Virus record (IMG/VR): IMGVR_UViG_3300028299_000002
Span: 1 to 21,969 of that record
Source of the DNA: a virus
Length of the DNA stretch: 21,969 bases
Strand: one strand, 5' to 3'
Shown here: positions 13,388-21,969 of the stretch, piece after piece
Numbering within the stretch: position 1 is the stretch's first letter
How the letters are laid out: the number at the start of each line of letters is the position of its first letter
Notes under the pieces: model-generated
Seen by the model: only the letters and a program-made list of their open reading frames with translations
Told to the model about the DNA's origin: nothing
Databases searched by the model: none
Made by a program: the position numbers and the translations under genes

Positions 13388-15220
13388 TTAATTATTCGAT
13401 ACCGGAGCGTTTGCCATCTCCGACAGATTCACAACCGTACCTTTTTCGACCCAGAGGTAGTTTACACCACTGCCATTAATTTTCGGTTGTTCGTTTACAC
13501 TGGCAAACATGAATATATTGTTATAATCCATTGCCAGTTTTAAAACGGCTCCCGATAGGATATTACGTTTATCACCAACAAACACTTCCACACCATCCAG
13601 GAACAAAATACCGACATTCAATAGAAAAGCCACGGCATCCTGAACAATAACTCCGGCCTCGTATTTTTCCGAAACACTGCAGAACTCTATCGGTACATTC
13701 TTATACAATATATCGCCGGTTTCATTGTCAATTCGAATGTCAGTACCGAACAGGCCAGACGTTTTTTTGATCCGATCCGAAAGATTATTTAATATCGGAT
13801 TAACCAGGTTGTTTGACTCAGGATTAACAAACTGTGCCAGGTTATCCCAGACAGTCATTTCGATGTTCAGTACGCCGATCCTGGTATTGACACCGGCATA
13901 TTCATTTGCGGCCTGCTTATATTCAAGATATTTGGTCATTACGGCATTTAGAAAATTGACTTCGGTTTCTTTTGACCCGATTTCGTCACTATGATCATCT
14001 GGCTCGTCTTCGTGATGACTGACCAATAAAACCTTTGCCTCATCAAGATTAGTCTGCTGATCAGCTAATTCCTTTTCGTTTGTTTCGTAATCGTGGTGGA
14101 TATCAGTTCCCATCTGATTTTTCAATTGATTGATTGTATCGGCGGTTATTCCAATGGATGTTAGCAACTCGGTTTTTTTGGCTTCACATTCAATCCACTT
14201 TTGATCAAACTCCGTATTCAGTTTTTTACTGCATAATTCACATAAATCCAGAGTCTTGATCACGTCGAGGGTAGATTTACTCTGCTCAATCTGAGCATTC
14301 AATTTTGACAGATCGGATTCATGGTTACGCTGTTCTTTTTCGGACATTTCCAACTTTTTAGCAATCCCAACCTGTTCATAGTAACGGCTTCTGTTTGTGG
14401 ATAAATACGACGTTATATAATCGACATTCTGAGAATACTCATCAATATGAGTTCGGATATCGTCAAGTTTCGCCTGCCACTTAACATGTTCATCGGAATC
14501 ACGGCGTAATTTTGTGATATCGGCTCTCAGGCTTTCGATATACAATTTTTTCTTTTCAGGATTGAATTCGGCAAGATTAATTTCTTTACCTTCAACTGTT
14601 GCGGTGTCTTTCGCCGGTTCTTTGGATTGCAATGTTCCGATTTCACGTTTTAATTCACGCCGTTTTTCAACCACGGAATCATAGGCTTTTTTCAGTCCGC
14701 CGGTTGAAAATACAGGCAGAATTGACGATATATATTTCTGATCAAATCCTTTCTTCTTCAGTATAGCACTGAATTCATCCGGTGTCGTTTTCGCGCTGAA
14801 TATCTTGCTGAAATACTTTGATCGTTCCAGACTGCTCATGCCCGATATTTTGTATGTATCGAACAACAATTCCAGGATTTCATCATTCACTTTCAATGTG
14901 TCGAATATCGTTGCCTGGCCGGGTTTGATATTCACAACCTCATCGTTGATAACCAACTTTGAATTTGTGTTACGCATTATCTTGATATCGGGAAGTTCTA
15001 ATTCAATCTCTCCCTTGCCGATCCGGTTCATAATCAAATTACTCTGACCCTCCCGGCTGCTCATGCCACGGGCAATCCCGCGTAAATTAAATTCGATTGC
15101 ATCCCTGATCGCACTCTTGCCGGACTGATTAGGACCAATAATCATATTGATCCTTGCCGGTTTGATTTCTGATTTCGGATGATTCACAAAATTTGTAATG
15201 CTTATCCGATTAATTTTCAT
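13388..15220 (-). CDS. SbcC/Rad50-like SMC ATPase
   Basis: Walker A GPNQSGKS, long coiled coil with central CELC zinc hook, degenerate signature CSVSEK and Walker B LFLDGVE. Confidence 0.85.
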   Translation of the reverse strand: MKINRISITNFVNHPKSEIKPARINMIIGPNQSGKSAIRDAIEFNLRGIARGMSSREGQSNLIMNRIGKGEIELELPDIKIMRNTNSKLVINDEVVNIKPGQATIFDTLKVNDEILELLFDTYKISGMSSLERSKYFSKIFSAKTTPDEFSAILKKKGFDQKYISSILPVFSTGGLKKAYDSVVEKRRELKREIGTLQSKEPAKDTATVEGKEINLAEFNPEKKKLYIESLRADITKLRRDSDEHVKWQAKLDDIRTHIDEYSQNVDYITSYLSTNRSRYYEQVGIAKKLEMSEKEQRNHESDLSKLNAQIEQSKSTLDVIKTLDLCELCSKKLNTEFDQKWIECEAKKTELLTSIGITADTINQLKNQMGTDIHHDYETNEKELADQQTNLDEAKVLLVSHHEDEPDDHSDEIGSKETEVNFLNAVMTKYLEYKQAANEYAGVNTRIGVLNIEMTVWDNLAQFVNPESNNLVNPILNNLSDRIKKTSGLFGTDIRIDNETGDILYKNVPIEFCSVSEKYEAGVIVQDAVAFLLNVGILFLDGVEVFVGDKRNILSGAVLKLAMDYNNIFMFASVNEQPKINGSGVNYLWVEKGTVVNLSEMANAPVSNN

Positions 15221-15245
15221 ACTTGAACTCCTCTATTTCTAACTT

Positions 15246-15434
15246 TTAGTACATGCAATTCTGAGATTGTCCTTTTTGTCGGATTATCTTCGCCAATCCA
15301 AATAAACCAATCCCTGCCAGCCCGTAAAACAGCATCCCCAACAGATCCACGTTACCAGCCAAATATTGCTCATAGTGCAACCTGGCAATGATTATGAGAA
15401 TAAACGATGCGATTAATAGAAAAATTGATCTCAT
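15246..15434 (-). CDS. small two-TM membrane protein
   Basis: Two hydrophobic segments. Confidence 0.6.
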   Translation of the reverse strand: MRSIFLLIASFILIIIARLHYEQYLAGNVDLLGMLFYGLAGIGLFGLAKIIRQKGQSQNCMY

Positions 15435-16010
15435 TTATTTACCTCTATATTTTCTATCAAAATGGTAAAATAATTCACGGGTTAATCGTACATCATACAT
15501 GGAATCGTGTAATTTGGTATCATCAACCTCGATACCGACGTATTTAGCAACCGTAGCCAGTTTAAAATTTTCCAACTTACTACATTCTGCCATTAATTCT
15601 TTTGCTGCAATATTAGCTACATCAATAGCTGGCCAGAAGAAAAATGAACCGTAGTAATTATCACCGCATTTTTTGAACCATGATCGTAAAAAATCATCAT
15701 CAAGCCGGGCATTGAATCCGATAAAATGAAACTTATCATTACGATTATACTTATCGACATATTTTGATATTATACTGGTGAATTGCGGAAATACGATATT
15801 GGATTCTGGAAAAGTATTCAATGTTTCACGGCTTAAACCATTTACTTCCAATGCCGAATCAAGAATAATATCAGATTCAAACGGTTTAATATTAAAATCA
15901 AATTCATTTACAATTTCATTGTCTATTTCAATAATACCGCTTAATTGGATAAGACCATTACTAAACGGGTTTGTTCCGGTAGTTTCAGTGTCAATAAATG
16001 ATAATTTCAT
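15435..16010 (-). CDS. DEDDh 3'-5' exonuclease (DnaQ-like)
   Basis: IDTETTG, GFNARLDDDFL and HDSMYD. Confidence 0.92.
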   Translation of the reverse strand: MKLSFIDTETTGTNPFSNGLIQLSGIIEIDNEIVNEFDFNIKPFESDIILDSALEVNGLSRETLNTFPESNIVFPQFTSIISKYVDKYNRNDKFHFIGFNARLDDDFLRSWFKKCGDNYYGSFFFWPAIDVANIAAKELMAECSKLENFKLATVAKYVGIEVDDTKLHDSMYDVRLTRELFYHFDRKYRGK

Positions 16011-17149
16011 TTCTTCACCTTGTAGAATTTGGTCATGGTTGATATTTTCGGCGTACCAAGTTCGTCAATGACCTCATCGATCATATCTTTCAGTTTCAGT
16101 CGTTTCATTACCTTTTCGAAATTGGTTTTGGTACATCCGAGCATACCCCAGACATCGGGTTTGGAAATGCCTTTAGATATCAGAACATTCACCAGGTTTT
16201 CGACATTATTGAACTCATAGGAATTACTGACACTCTGGCGATATTCCTGATCGCCAACCGGTATTGATCCGTGGTTCTGGAGATATATTTTCAGTAAACT
16301 TTCAACCGCCTTTCCCTTTTCCCTTAATGCAATGAATGTTTCACCCAATGCGATAGCTTCGAATTCATTCGTTGGCATGATAATATCCTCAACATCCAAA
16401 GCCCGTTTCATTGCAGGGCAGCCATCACGTACCGGACAATATTCACACCGTGAACAGAATGTGGCCTCATATTCTCTCGCAGCTTCAATTTCAGCAGCCT
16501 TTTTCTGAATCCATTCCGTGATATTCTGATATTGCTCAGGATAAACCGTGAACTCCTTTTGAACGCCATAGCGAACAAATTCATATATCACCCGGATTTC
16601 CGTTGTAATATTGAACTCTTTTGCAACCAACATCGGATATATCCTGGTTTGCAGGCTGTTTTCCAGCTCATCATCCGATGGGATAACGTGATTGGTCTTA
16701 TAATCCTTTATCACCGGTATATCCCGAATATCAAGACGGTCGATAATTCCTCGACAAAATACGTCTTTTGAATCCCAGGATTTATCATCTGTAATCATAA
16801 TTGAATTGAAATTTTCATCCACGGCCAGCCTTTGTTCCAGGTAGATGTTATTCCGATCTTGAATATTTTGAGTAGGTGCCCAATACCGGAATATATCCGA
16901 ATATTCATCAATCACATCAAGCGGTTCAGTACCGCAGTGTTTCTTGATAAGCGGCTCGATCATTTCAATATCGGTTGGTTGATCGGTATCTAATAGATGC
17001 TGATCATATTTGTGAGCAAGCCGGTGAAACAAACCGCCACCCATCATTACACTGACATCCTTTTGTTTAATTTTATCCTTGTAATGAGCAGCCCAGGAAA
17101 ATTGACAATCATCCCAATGTGAAAATCTGTTTGGTGAATATGGACGCAT
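16007..17149 (-). CDS. PD-(D/E)xK exonuclease, RecB/Cas4-like
   Basis: GIIDRLD..IKDYKT, QxxxY (LQTRIY), N-terminal Cys and C-terminal CEYCPVRDGC. Confidence 0.88.
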   Translation of the reverse strand: MRPYSPNRFSHWDDCQFSWAAHYKDKIKQKDVSVMMGGGLFHRLAHKYDQHLLDTDQPTDIEMIEPLIKKHCGTEPLDVIDEYSDIFRYWAPTQNIQDRNNIYLEQRLAVDENFNSIMITDDKSWDSKDVFCRGIIDRLDIRDIPVIKDYKTNHVIPSDDELENSLQTRIYPMLVAKEFNITTEIRVIYEFVRYGVQKEFTVYPEQYQNITEWIQKKAAEIEAAREYEATFCSRCEYCPVRDGCPAMKRALDVEDIIMPTNEFEAIALGETFIALREKGKAVESLLKIYLQNHGSIPVGDQEYRQSVSNSYEFNNVENLVNVLISKGISKPDVWGMLGCTKTNFEKVMKRLKLKDMIDEVIDELGTPKISTMTKFYKVKK

Positions 17150-17158
17150 TTTATACTC

Positions 17159-18223
17159 CTAAAATAATGACTGAACTTTACCGCTTTGTCCATTACCGCC
17201 ATCGGTATTTGCCGTTGCTAATTTTTCCGGTGGTATCGTTTCAGCTGTTGGTTTCTTTTTACTTGGATCGGCAAAGGGTAATCCGTTATTTTCATCAGGC
17301 TCCTGGAATTCATCTTCAATTGTTTGTGGAGAAAACTCCTCGTTTATATCGGCTTGTTCTTCCGGACTGTTTTCATTATCTATCGGTGTGTAAATTTCGT
17401 TTTCGTCAGTTGTTTCAGAATCATCAGGATCGTCCTCATCCGGTAAGGAATTATTACGTTTTAATAACATAATTTTTTGTACCCGGTCCTCCATTGACCT
17501 GATACTAATTGCAGCGTTTGCCCGGATCATTGATATTTCTTTGGCCGTATCAAGTAATTGTTTCCATTCAGAGACATCAGCTGTGATATTCACCGCATAA
17601 ATTGTCCTGGTATGATTATCTTTATCAACGACCGTTTGCGGCTGCAGAGACATTACCAGGGGCATCATTGCCAATATGCCCTGCGTAAACTGTTGGATTT
17701 GAGTTAATCCCGACATTATATTCATAATTGAATTGATTGACGTTGTTCGAAATTGATATACACCGCCAAGTTTGAAATTATCTCTCAAAATAGCCGACAA
17801 TATGCCATGGGCCTTACATTTCCCGGATTCAAGAAATTCACAAGGACATTTAACTTCTTCCCGGTGGTCCTCTTTTTTGGTGTTTTCATCCAAAAATATC
17901 CGGGTAGCTTTTTCACCATTCCCAAAACAAAGCCGTTTCCTTCCCATATAAAGACCGTACTCTGTGAAAAAATTCAGGTCAATTCTATCATAGGGCAATG
18001 CGATTTTTAACTGCCTGGGTTTGCTGTTCTTTGAATCAAGTTTGCTCATCAATGGCTCATCAACACGAAAATTGCTGCCATCTTTTTCCATTGTGGTAAT
18101 AATGAAATAATCGACCTTTTCAGGCAAATGATATGCTCCTTTTTTACCCTGCCGTTCTTCGCCCTTTCGACCGATTTTGATCTTGCCTACCTCTGCAAGC
18201 CGTATTGGTAAATTTTTAATCAC
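17159..18223 (-). CDS. Gp3-like / recombination directionality factor-like protein
   Basis: GKIKIGRKG...PEKVDYF, CPC...CK, GGVYQFRTTSINSI and acidic tail; GTG 18223 behind GAGGAGG. Confidence 0.72.
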   Translation of the reverse strand: MIKNLPIRLAEVGKIKIGRKGEERQGKKGAYHLPEKVDYFIITTMEKDGSNFRVDEPLMSKLDSKNSKPRQLKIALPYDRIDLNFFTEYGLYMGRKRLCFGNGEKATRIFLDENTKKEDHREEVKCPCEFLESGKCKAHGILSAILRDNFKLGGVYQFRTTSINSIMNIMSGLTQIQQFTQGILAMMPLVMSLQPQTVVDKDNHTRTIYAVNITADVSEWKQLLDTAKEISMIRANAAISIRSMEDRVQKIMLLKRNNSLPDEDDPDDSETTDENEIYTPIDNENSPEEQADINEEFSPQTIEDEFQEPDENNGLPFADPSKKKPTAETIPPEKLATANTDGGNGQSGKVQSLF

Positions 18224-18252
18224 TTGAACCTCCTCTATACTTTTATTATTGA

Positions 18253-18375
18253 TCAACGATCATCCCAGAGATCAAACGCCTCTGGCTCGTAATTATCTTC
18301 TGTTTCATCTTCAAATCCATCGTCGCATCCCTCAGATGGATCATGGTTGAATAATACTCGTTCATTGTCCGTCAT
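18253..18375 (-). CDS. very acidic 40-aa protein
   Basis: Not in the track: MTDNERVLFNHDPSEGCDDGFEDETEDNYEPEAFDLWDDR; TAATG-coupled to the upstream ORF. Confidence 0.55.
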   Translation of the reverse strand: MTDNERVLFNHDPSEGCDDGFEDETEDNYEPEAFDLWDDR

Positions 18376-18587
18376 TATTGCACCTTATTGAATTTTTCCC
18401 AGTTTTTACACCGGCTGCACCGTCCATACGCTTGACCGTTGACACGATGAATCTCACCTTCCGGTAACGCCTTACAACAAACCGATAACTCCACCGGTTC
18501 CAGGTATACGAACCGTAGTTTTGGTGGTGTTACCTGTAATTGGATCATGGATTGATTAATTGCAACTATCATATTATTTACCACCAT
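18375..18587 (-). CDS. small Cys-containing protein (CC...CxxC)
   Basis: SVCCKA...GRCSRCK possible zinc ribbon. Confidence 0.6.
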   Translation of the reverse strand: MVVNNMIVAINQSMIQLQVTPPKLRFVYLEPVELSVCCKALPEGEIHRVNGQAYGRCSRCKNWEKFNKVQ

Positions 18588-18774
18588 TTGATTTTGTTGT
18601 TTTCGCCAACTTTATCATTTGCACCCGTACCTCATGTGCCCTTTTCACTGCTCTATTATGTTGATGTCTTTTGACTTTATCATTCAGATTACGACTCACA
18701 CGACCCATCTGTACTTTTGTATCAATAACCTTTTCCGGCTTGGGTGGTAAAATAACTATCGGTTTCTTATCCAT
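18574..18774 (-). CDS. small basic hypothetical protein
   Basis: AAGGA SD; K/R-rich 66 aa. Confidence 0.6.
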   Translation of the reverse strand: MDKKPIVILPPKPEKVIDTKVQMGRVSRNLNDKVKRHQHNRAVKRAHEVRVQMIKLAKTTKSNGGK

Positions 18775-18867
18775 AATTATATCCTTATGTTGGGGATATG
18801 GCCCGATATTGATATTGAGGGGATTGAGTGGTTACGGCAAACAATACCGGGCCGGGGTTTATAATAT

Positions 18868-19347
18868 TTAAGCGAAACATATCTGCCCCGCTTTGTTCTG
18901 ACTGATATGTATTTCTTTTTTAGGAACTACTTTGGATATCTGGACGGAACGATAATGATACTTGGCATTTTTATCCAGTATTTCTTCCCAATCGTCAGGA
19001 GTAAGATCACAATCCAAACAATATATGAATGTCCTTATTTTTTTACCGTATAGGTGCCATTCGTGAATCTTGTAATTTTCAATATGACCATTGATATTCG
19101 ACTGTTTAAAAGGAAATCCCTTATCTCTTAGTTGTCGCAATCTTCTGTCACCAGAACTACCGCCAATCATAGATTCAGTAACCGCCCAAACCGGCAGCCA
19201 TCCACCACGGATAATACTGCTTGTTTCACCTGGTACGAGAAAGAAATATTCATTTCTCAACTTCGCAACCCACAAACGAAAAAGCACCCGTTGCCAGTTG
19301 TTTGCCAACCGGTCTTGAATGTTCTGGATATTTATGTCACTCATCAC
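18868..19347 (-). CDS. hypothetical protein (possible HTH)
   Basis: GGSSGDRRLRQLR segment resembles a recognition helix; GGAG SD. Confidence 0.6.
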   Translation of the reverse strand: MMSDINIQNIQDRLANNWQRVLFRLWVAKLRNEYFFLVPGETSSIIRGGWLPVWAVTESMIGGSSGDRRLRQLRDKGFPFKQSNINGHIENYKIHEWHLYGKKIRTFIYCLDCDLTPDDWEEILDKNAKYHYRSVQISKVVPKKEIHISQNKAGQICFA

Positions 19348-19409
19348 TTCTCCGCTTGTTATTCTCTGCCATGTAGTACATGCAACTCTGAAATTGTCCT
19401 TTTTGCCAT

Positions 19410-19730
19410 TTAATTCAGGCGCAAACCATTATTTACAACCGATTTAATAACCATGTTATCCCGTGCAATCTTCTTTATAGAATCCTCTGCAGCTTTGCTG
19501 ATATATTCATCAAGCGACGACCGCAATATCATTTGTTTTAATCTCTCCGGCTTACATGTAACAATACTGGGATTTTCTTTTAGCAGGCGATATACGGTTT
19601 CTGTAGATATTCCACAATATGCCGCCGCATCACTTATTGTCAGATATTCTTTCTGCCCATTTAAGGCCGCCAGAATATTTTTTAATAATGTTGCTACGTC
19701 TTTTTCTGTTGCTAATTTTTCTTTCTTCAA
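19410..19730 (-). CDS. excisionase-like HTH DNA-binding protein
   Basis: YLTISDAAAYCGISTETVYRL...ILRSSLDEYI. Confidence 0.82.
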   Translation of the reverse strand: MKKEKLATEKDVATLLKNILAALNGQKEYLTISDAAAYCGISTETVYRLLKENPSIVTCKPERLKQMILRSSLDEYISKAAEDSIKKIARDNMVIKSVVNNGLRLN

Positions 19731-19748
19731 TTAACCCCTCAGTGAGTA

Positions 19749-20225
19749 TTATTCCGGCTTCGGTTTCAGGTCAAGCTGTAGTTGCTGCCGTTCACCGTTA
19801 ATATATTTTTCACATTCATCCATTACGTCATTTAAGGCTCCTACACATTCATGTGATAACAACTGATTTGGATCTCCATTATCACCACCGGAATAGTAGT
19901 CGGATGCTTTGTGTGGTGTATTAATATTCAGATTAGAATTGGAACGTAATAACTTCTTTTGAGCTATTATTGTGGCTCCCATCGTTTCATTGTCACCACC
20001 GTAAGAATATGTAACCCCCCGGACTATGATACTGTCTTTGTCCTTTTCTGGGAATTCACACATTTTAACAACTTCTTCTTTTAATGAATCCAGTGCATTT
20101 ATGAATGATTGTAGTGGTGCATCGCATGATGTCATGCTAAACTCATCCCACGAACTGTTATTCTTAACATGGTATTGAATCGATACTTTATTTTCTTTGG
20201 TAATTCTGACGGATATAATTCTCAT
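19749..20225 (-). CDS. hypothetical phage protein
   Basis: 158-aa ORF with AGGTG SD, ending GERQQLQL. Confidence 0.75.
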   Translation of the reverse strand: MRIISVRITKENKVSIQYHVKNNSSWDEFSMTSCDAPLQSFINALDSLKEEVVKMCEFPEKDKDSIIVRGVTYSYGGDNETMGATIIAQKKLLRSNSNLNINTPHKASDYYSGGDNGDPNQLLSHECVGALNDVMDECEKYINGERQQLQLDLKPKPE

Positions 20226-20232
20226 ATAGCAC

Positions 20233-20586
20233 CTATTTATTTGGTTGATAACGACGGACTCCTTGGAATCCCCGTATTAATGGACCATTTGAAATATGAT
20301 GAAATTTTCCAGATCGCTGAATATAATAACCGGCTGGCCATTGTGTACCAGTCGTTTGACATTTAAACGCCAATCTACGGCCAAACCAATGTATTCCCAT
20401 CCATCCCCGCACCTGCCCGCGCCACACCAGGAACATCCGATCACCGATTACCATTCCTTTGGGGATACAAGACACACGATAGCTCAAAACCCCATCACCA
20501 TCTGCAACCGCATCAAGTTCACGCTGATAATCTTCCCACTGAACAAATCTTGGAAGTGTAATAATCCAATCCATACTATACTCCAA
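20233..20586 (-). CDS. hypothetical protein (aromatic-rich, possible PUA/ASCH-like fold)
   Basis: GDRMFLVWRGQVRGW...IRGFQGVR; the start may be the internal ATG (MDWII). Confidence 0.65.
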   Translation of the reverse strand: MEYSMDWIITLPRFVQWEDYQRELDAVADGDGVLSYRVSCIPKGMVIGDRMFLVWRGQVRGWMGIHWFGRRLAFKCQTTGTQWPAGYYIQRSGKFHHISNGPLIRGFQGVRRYQPNK

Positions 20587-20594
20587 CCATAGAT

Positions 20595-20846
20595 TTAATT
20601 TTTAATAATCCTAAATGAGCATCTTCGGTCACTATCTCTGCAATAGAGATAAATGATACCGTATATTTCACATACCACCGCAAATACAAAACACAACCAG
20701 AATCCTACCGGCTCCGATGGATCAAGATACCGATTAGTGATCCATTGAAATAAAAATCCGGCACCAACAGCAATCACTATGATCAGTATTATCGCTGATA
20801 GTCCTATTACAAAACCTAAACTGTCATACCTCTTATTTTGACTCAT
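20595..20846 (-). CDS. two-TM membrane protein
   Basis: Two hydrophobic helices; GGAGG SD. Confidence 0.65.
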   Translation of the reverse strand: MSQNKRYDSLGFVIGLSAIILIIVIAVGAGFLFQWITNRYLDPSEPVGFWLCFVFAVVCEIYGIIYLYCRDSDRRCSFRIIKN

Positions 20847-21280
20847 TTACCCTCCAACAATCGCATAAGAGATATTTCCATTTGTTTAACAGCATCAGAC
20901 AGATGATTCATTCTGTCAATTGCTTCATTTTTACTCGATAGCGTAATTTTTTGTCTGACTATACTGTTAATAATTCCCATGTGTTCAATTATTAATGATT
21001 GAATCTCAGACAATTTCCCATCTGTCCCCAATTCATTACCCCCATGTAATTCCCGCCACTGGCTTAGTAATTTTTCAAGTATGATATTGCCACAACTGAT
21101 AAATGGTAAAACAGAGGCTGGTATATCTGCCCGTGGATCGGTCAGCCATTTGTTTAATGTTTGTGGCGCAACGCCAATATTGTTTGCTTCGTCTATTTGC
21201 TTGCTACGATCATTAATAATCGCATAAGCGGTGTATCTGAATTCCTGACTTAACCTGTTTACTTCATCTGATTCGTACAT
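20843..21280 (-). CDS. CII-like phage regulatory protein
   Basis: HTH-like ANNIGVAPQTLNKWL; second gene of the lytic operon. Confidence 0.6.
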   Translation of the reverse strand: MYESDEVNRLSQEFRYTAYAIINDRSKQIDEANNIGVAPQTLNKWLTDPRADIPASVLPFISCGNIILEKLLSQWRELHGGNELGTDGKLSEIQSLIIEHMGIINSIVRQKITLSSKNEAIDRMNHLSDAVKQMEISLMRLLEGK

Positions 21281-21353
21281 GGATATTTATCCTCATTAAT
21301 CCCTTGAACGACATTCAGGTGGTTGATAGATTTAACATTATGAATATCAACCA

Positions 21354-21554
21354 TTATAAATCAATTATTTGGAATTTTACTTTACCGCCATTTGTAGGGA
21401 GTATTTTACTTCTAATGGCAGTTTTAAGAACAAATTCAACATATTCACCCAATGATTGTTGTTTACCATCAGGTTTTTTATTTGTTGCACAAAAAATCTT
21501 TGCGTTCTGGTGTATTTCACTATCAATTGCTACATTTAGTTTTTTATTACTCAT
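21354..21554 (-). CDS. ribbon-helix-helix DNA-binding protein at the Cro position
   Basis: MSNKKLNVAIDSEIHQNAKIFCA...SLGEYVEFVLK; GGAG SD. Confidence 0.65.
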   Translation of the reverse strand: MSNKKLNVAIDSEIHQNAKIFCATNKKPDGKQQSLGEYVEFVLKTAIRSKILPTNGGKVKFQIIDL

Positions 21555-21592
21555 TCTCACTCCCAATATTCTCATGTATGAACAACTAATCA

Positions 21593-21621
21593 ATAATATG
21601 CAATATTATGAAACATGTCAA
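21593..21621 (-). promoter_or_regulatory. leftward sigma70 promoter of the early operon
   Basis: TTGACA (21621-21616), 17 nt spacer, TATTAT (21598-21593). Confidence 0.7.
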
Positions 21622-21708
21622 GTGTTATTTTATAAAAATGTAACTTTATATTCACAACTATTCTCTATACTTCATATTGTGTTTATGATTAAATAGGAGG
21701 TAAATTTT

Positions 21709-21969
21709 ATGAGTATGAATTTAGTTGAAGCAATAATAAAAATCCGGCAGGAACAAGGTAAAAGCGATCAGGATATTGCTGAATTACTCGGGGTCGATAA
21801 ATCACTTATATACAAGTACAGAAAGGGTTTGGTAAAAAAAATCTCTCCATCAACAGGAAAGAAGATTGCCGATATTCTGAATTTAAAATTCGTTGAAGAA
21901 GACGGTGAACCCCATTTTTATCAAATCCATGATGATGATCCGGCACCGCCAAAAGACGCTCACTGTCAA
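21709..21969 (+). CDS. XRE-family (CI-like) repressor, N-terminal part
   Basis: AGGAGG SD; MSMNLVEAIIKIRQEQGKSDQDIAELLGVDKSLIYKYRKG HTH; divergent from the operon; runs off the edge. Confidence 0.85.
   Translation, partial: MSMNLVEAIIKIRQEQGKSDQDIAELLGVDKSLIYKYRKGLVKKISPSTGKKIADILNLKFVEEDGEPHFYQIHDDDPAPPKDAHCQ

Noticed and set aside
15237-15243. TTCTAAC as the R'' partner of GTTAGAA at 6534
   Set aside because: No paired arms or downstream GTT core follow; probably a chance match.
16007-17149. Cas4-like nuclease as evidence of CRISPR-Cas
   Set aside because: No other cas genes or array; solo nucleases of this type are common in phage recombination modules.
510-21696. Plus-strand ORFs in the track (e.g. 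638..1051, 2004..2432, 4561..4908, 21304..21696)
   Set aside because: Antisense shadows of well-supported minus-strand genes, with no motifs or clear RBS.

Overview
Early (lytic-control, recombination and replication) region of a temperate phage or prophage. Almost all genes are on the minus strand, downstream of a divergent switch at the right edge (XRE repressor opposite an RHH protein). Right to left it encodes CII-like and excisionase-like regulators, a Gp3/RDF-like protein, a Cas4/RecB-like nuclease, a DEDDh exonuclease and an SbcC/Rad50-like ATPase. A translation-related cluster follows: an unassigned structured RNA, a long hairpin, a complete tmRNA with an atypical tag, a CCA/poly(A)-polymerase-type nucleotidyltransferase and a peptide deformylase. 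Next come the replication initiator, DnaC-like loader, Gp37Gp68 protein and MmcB-like nuclease. The left 6.5 kb is the most unusual part: an array of nine integron attC-like sites (one truncated, one chimeric) on the + strand that delimit gene cassettes. Every cargo gene is antisense to the sites, and several start inside the loop of their own attC. The cargo is rich in DNA methyltransferases, two of them interrupted by promoter-carrying HNH endonucleases. No integrase is visible in the window. All calls come from reading motifs by eye; no searches were run.
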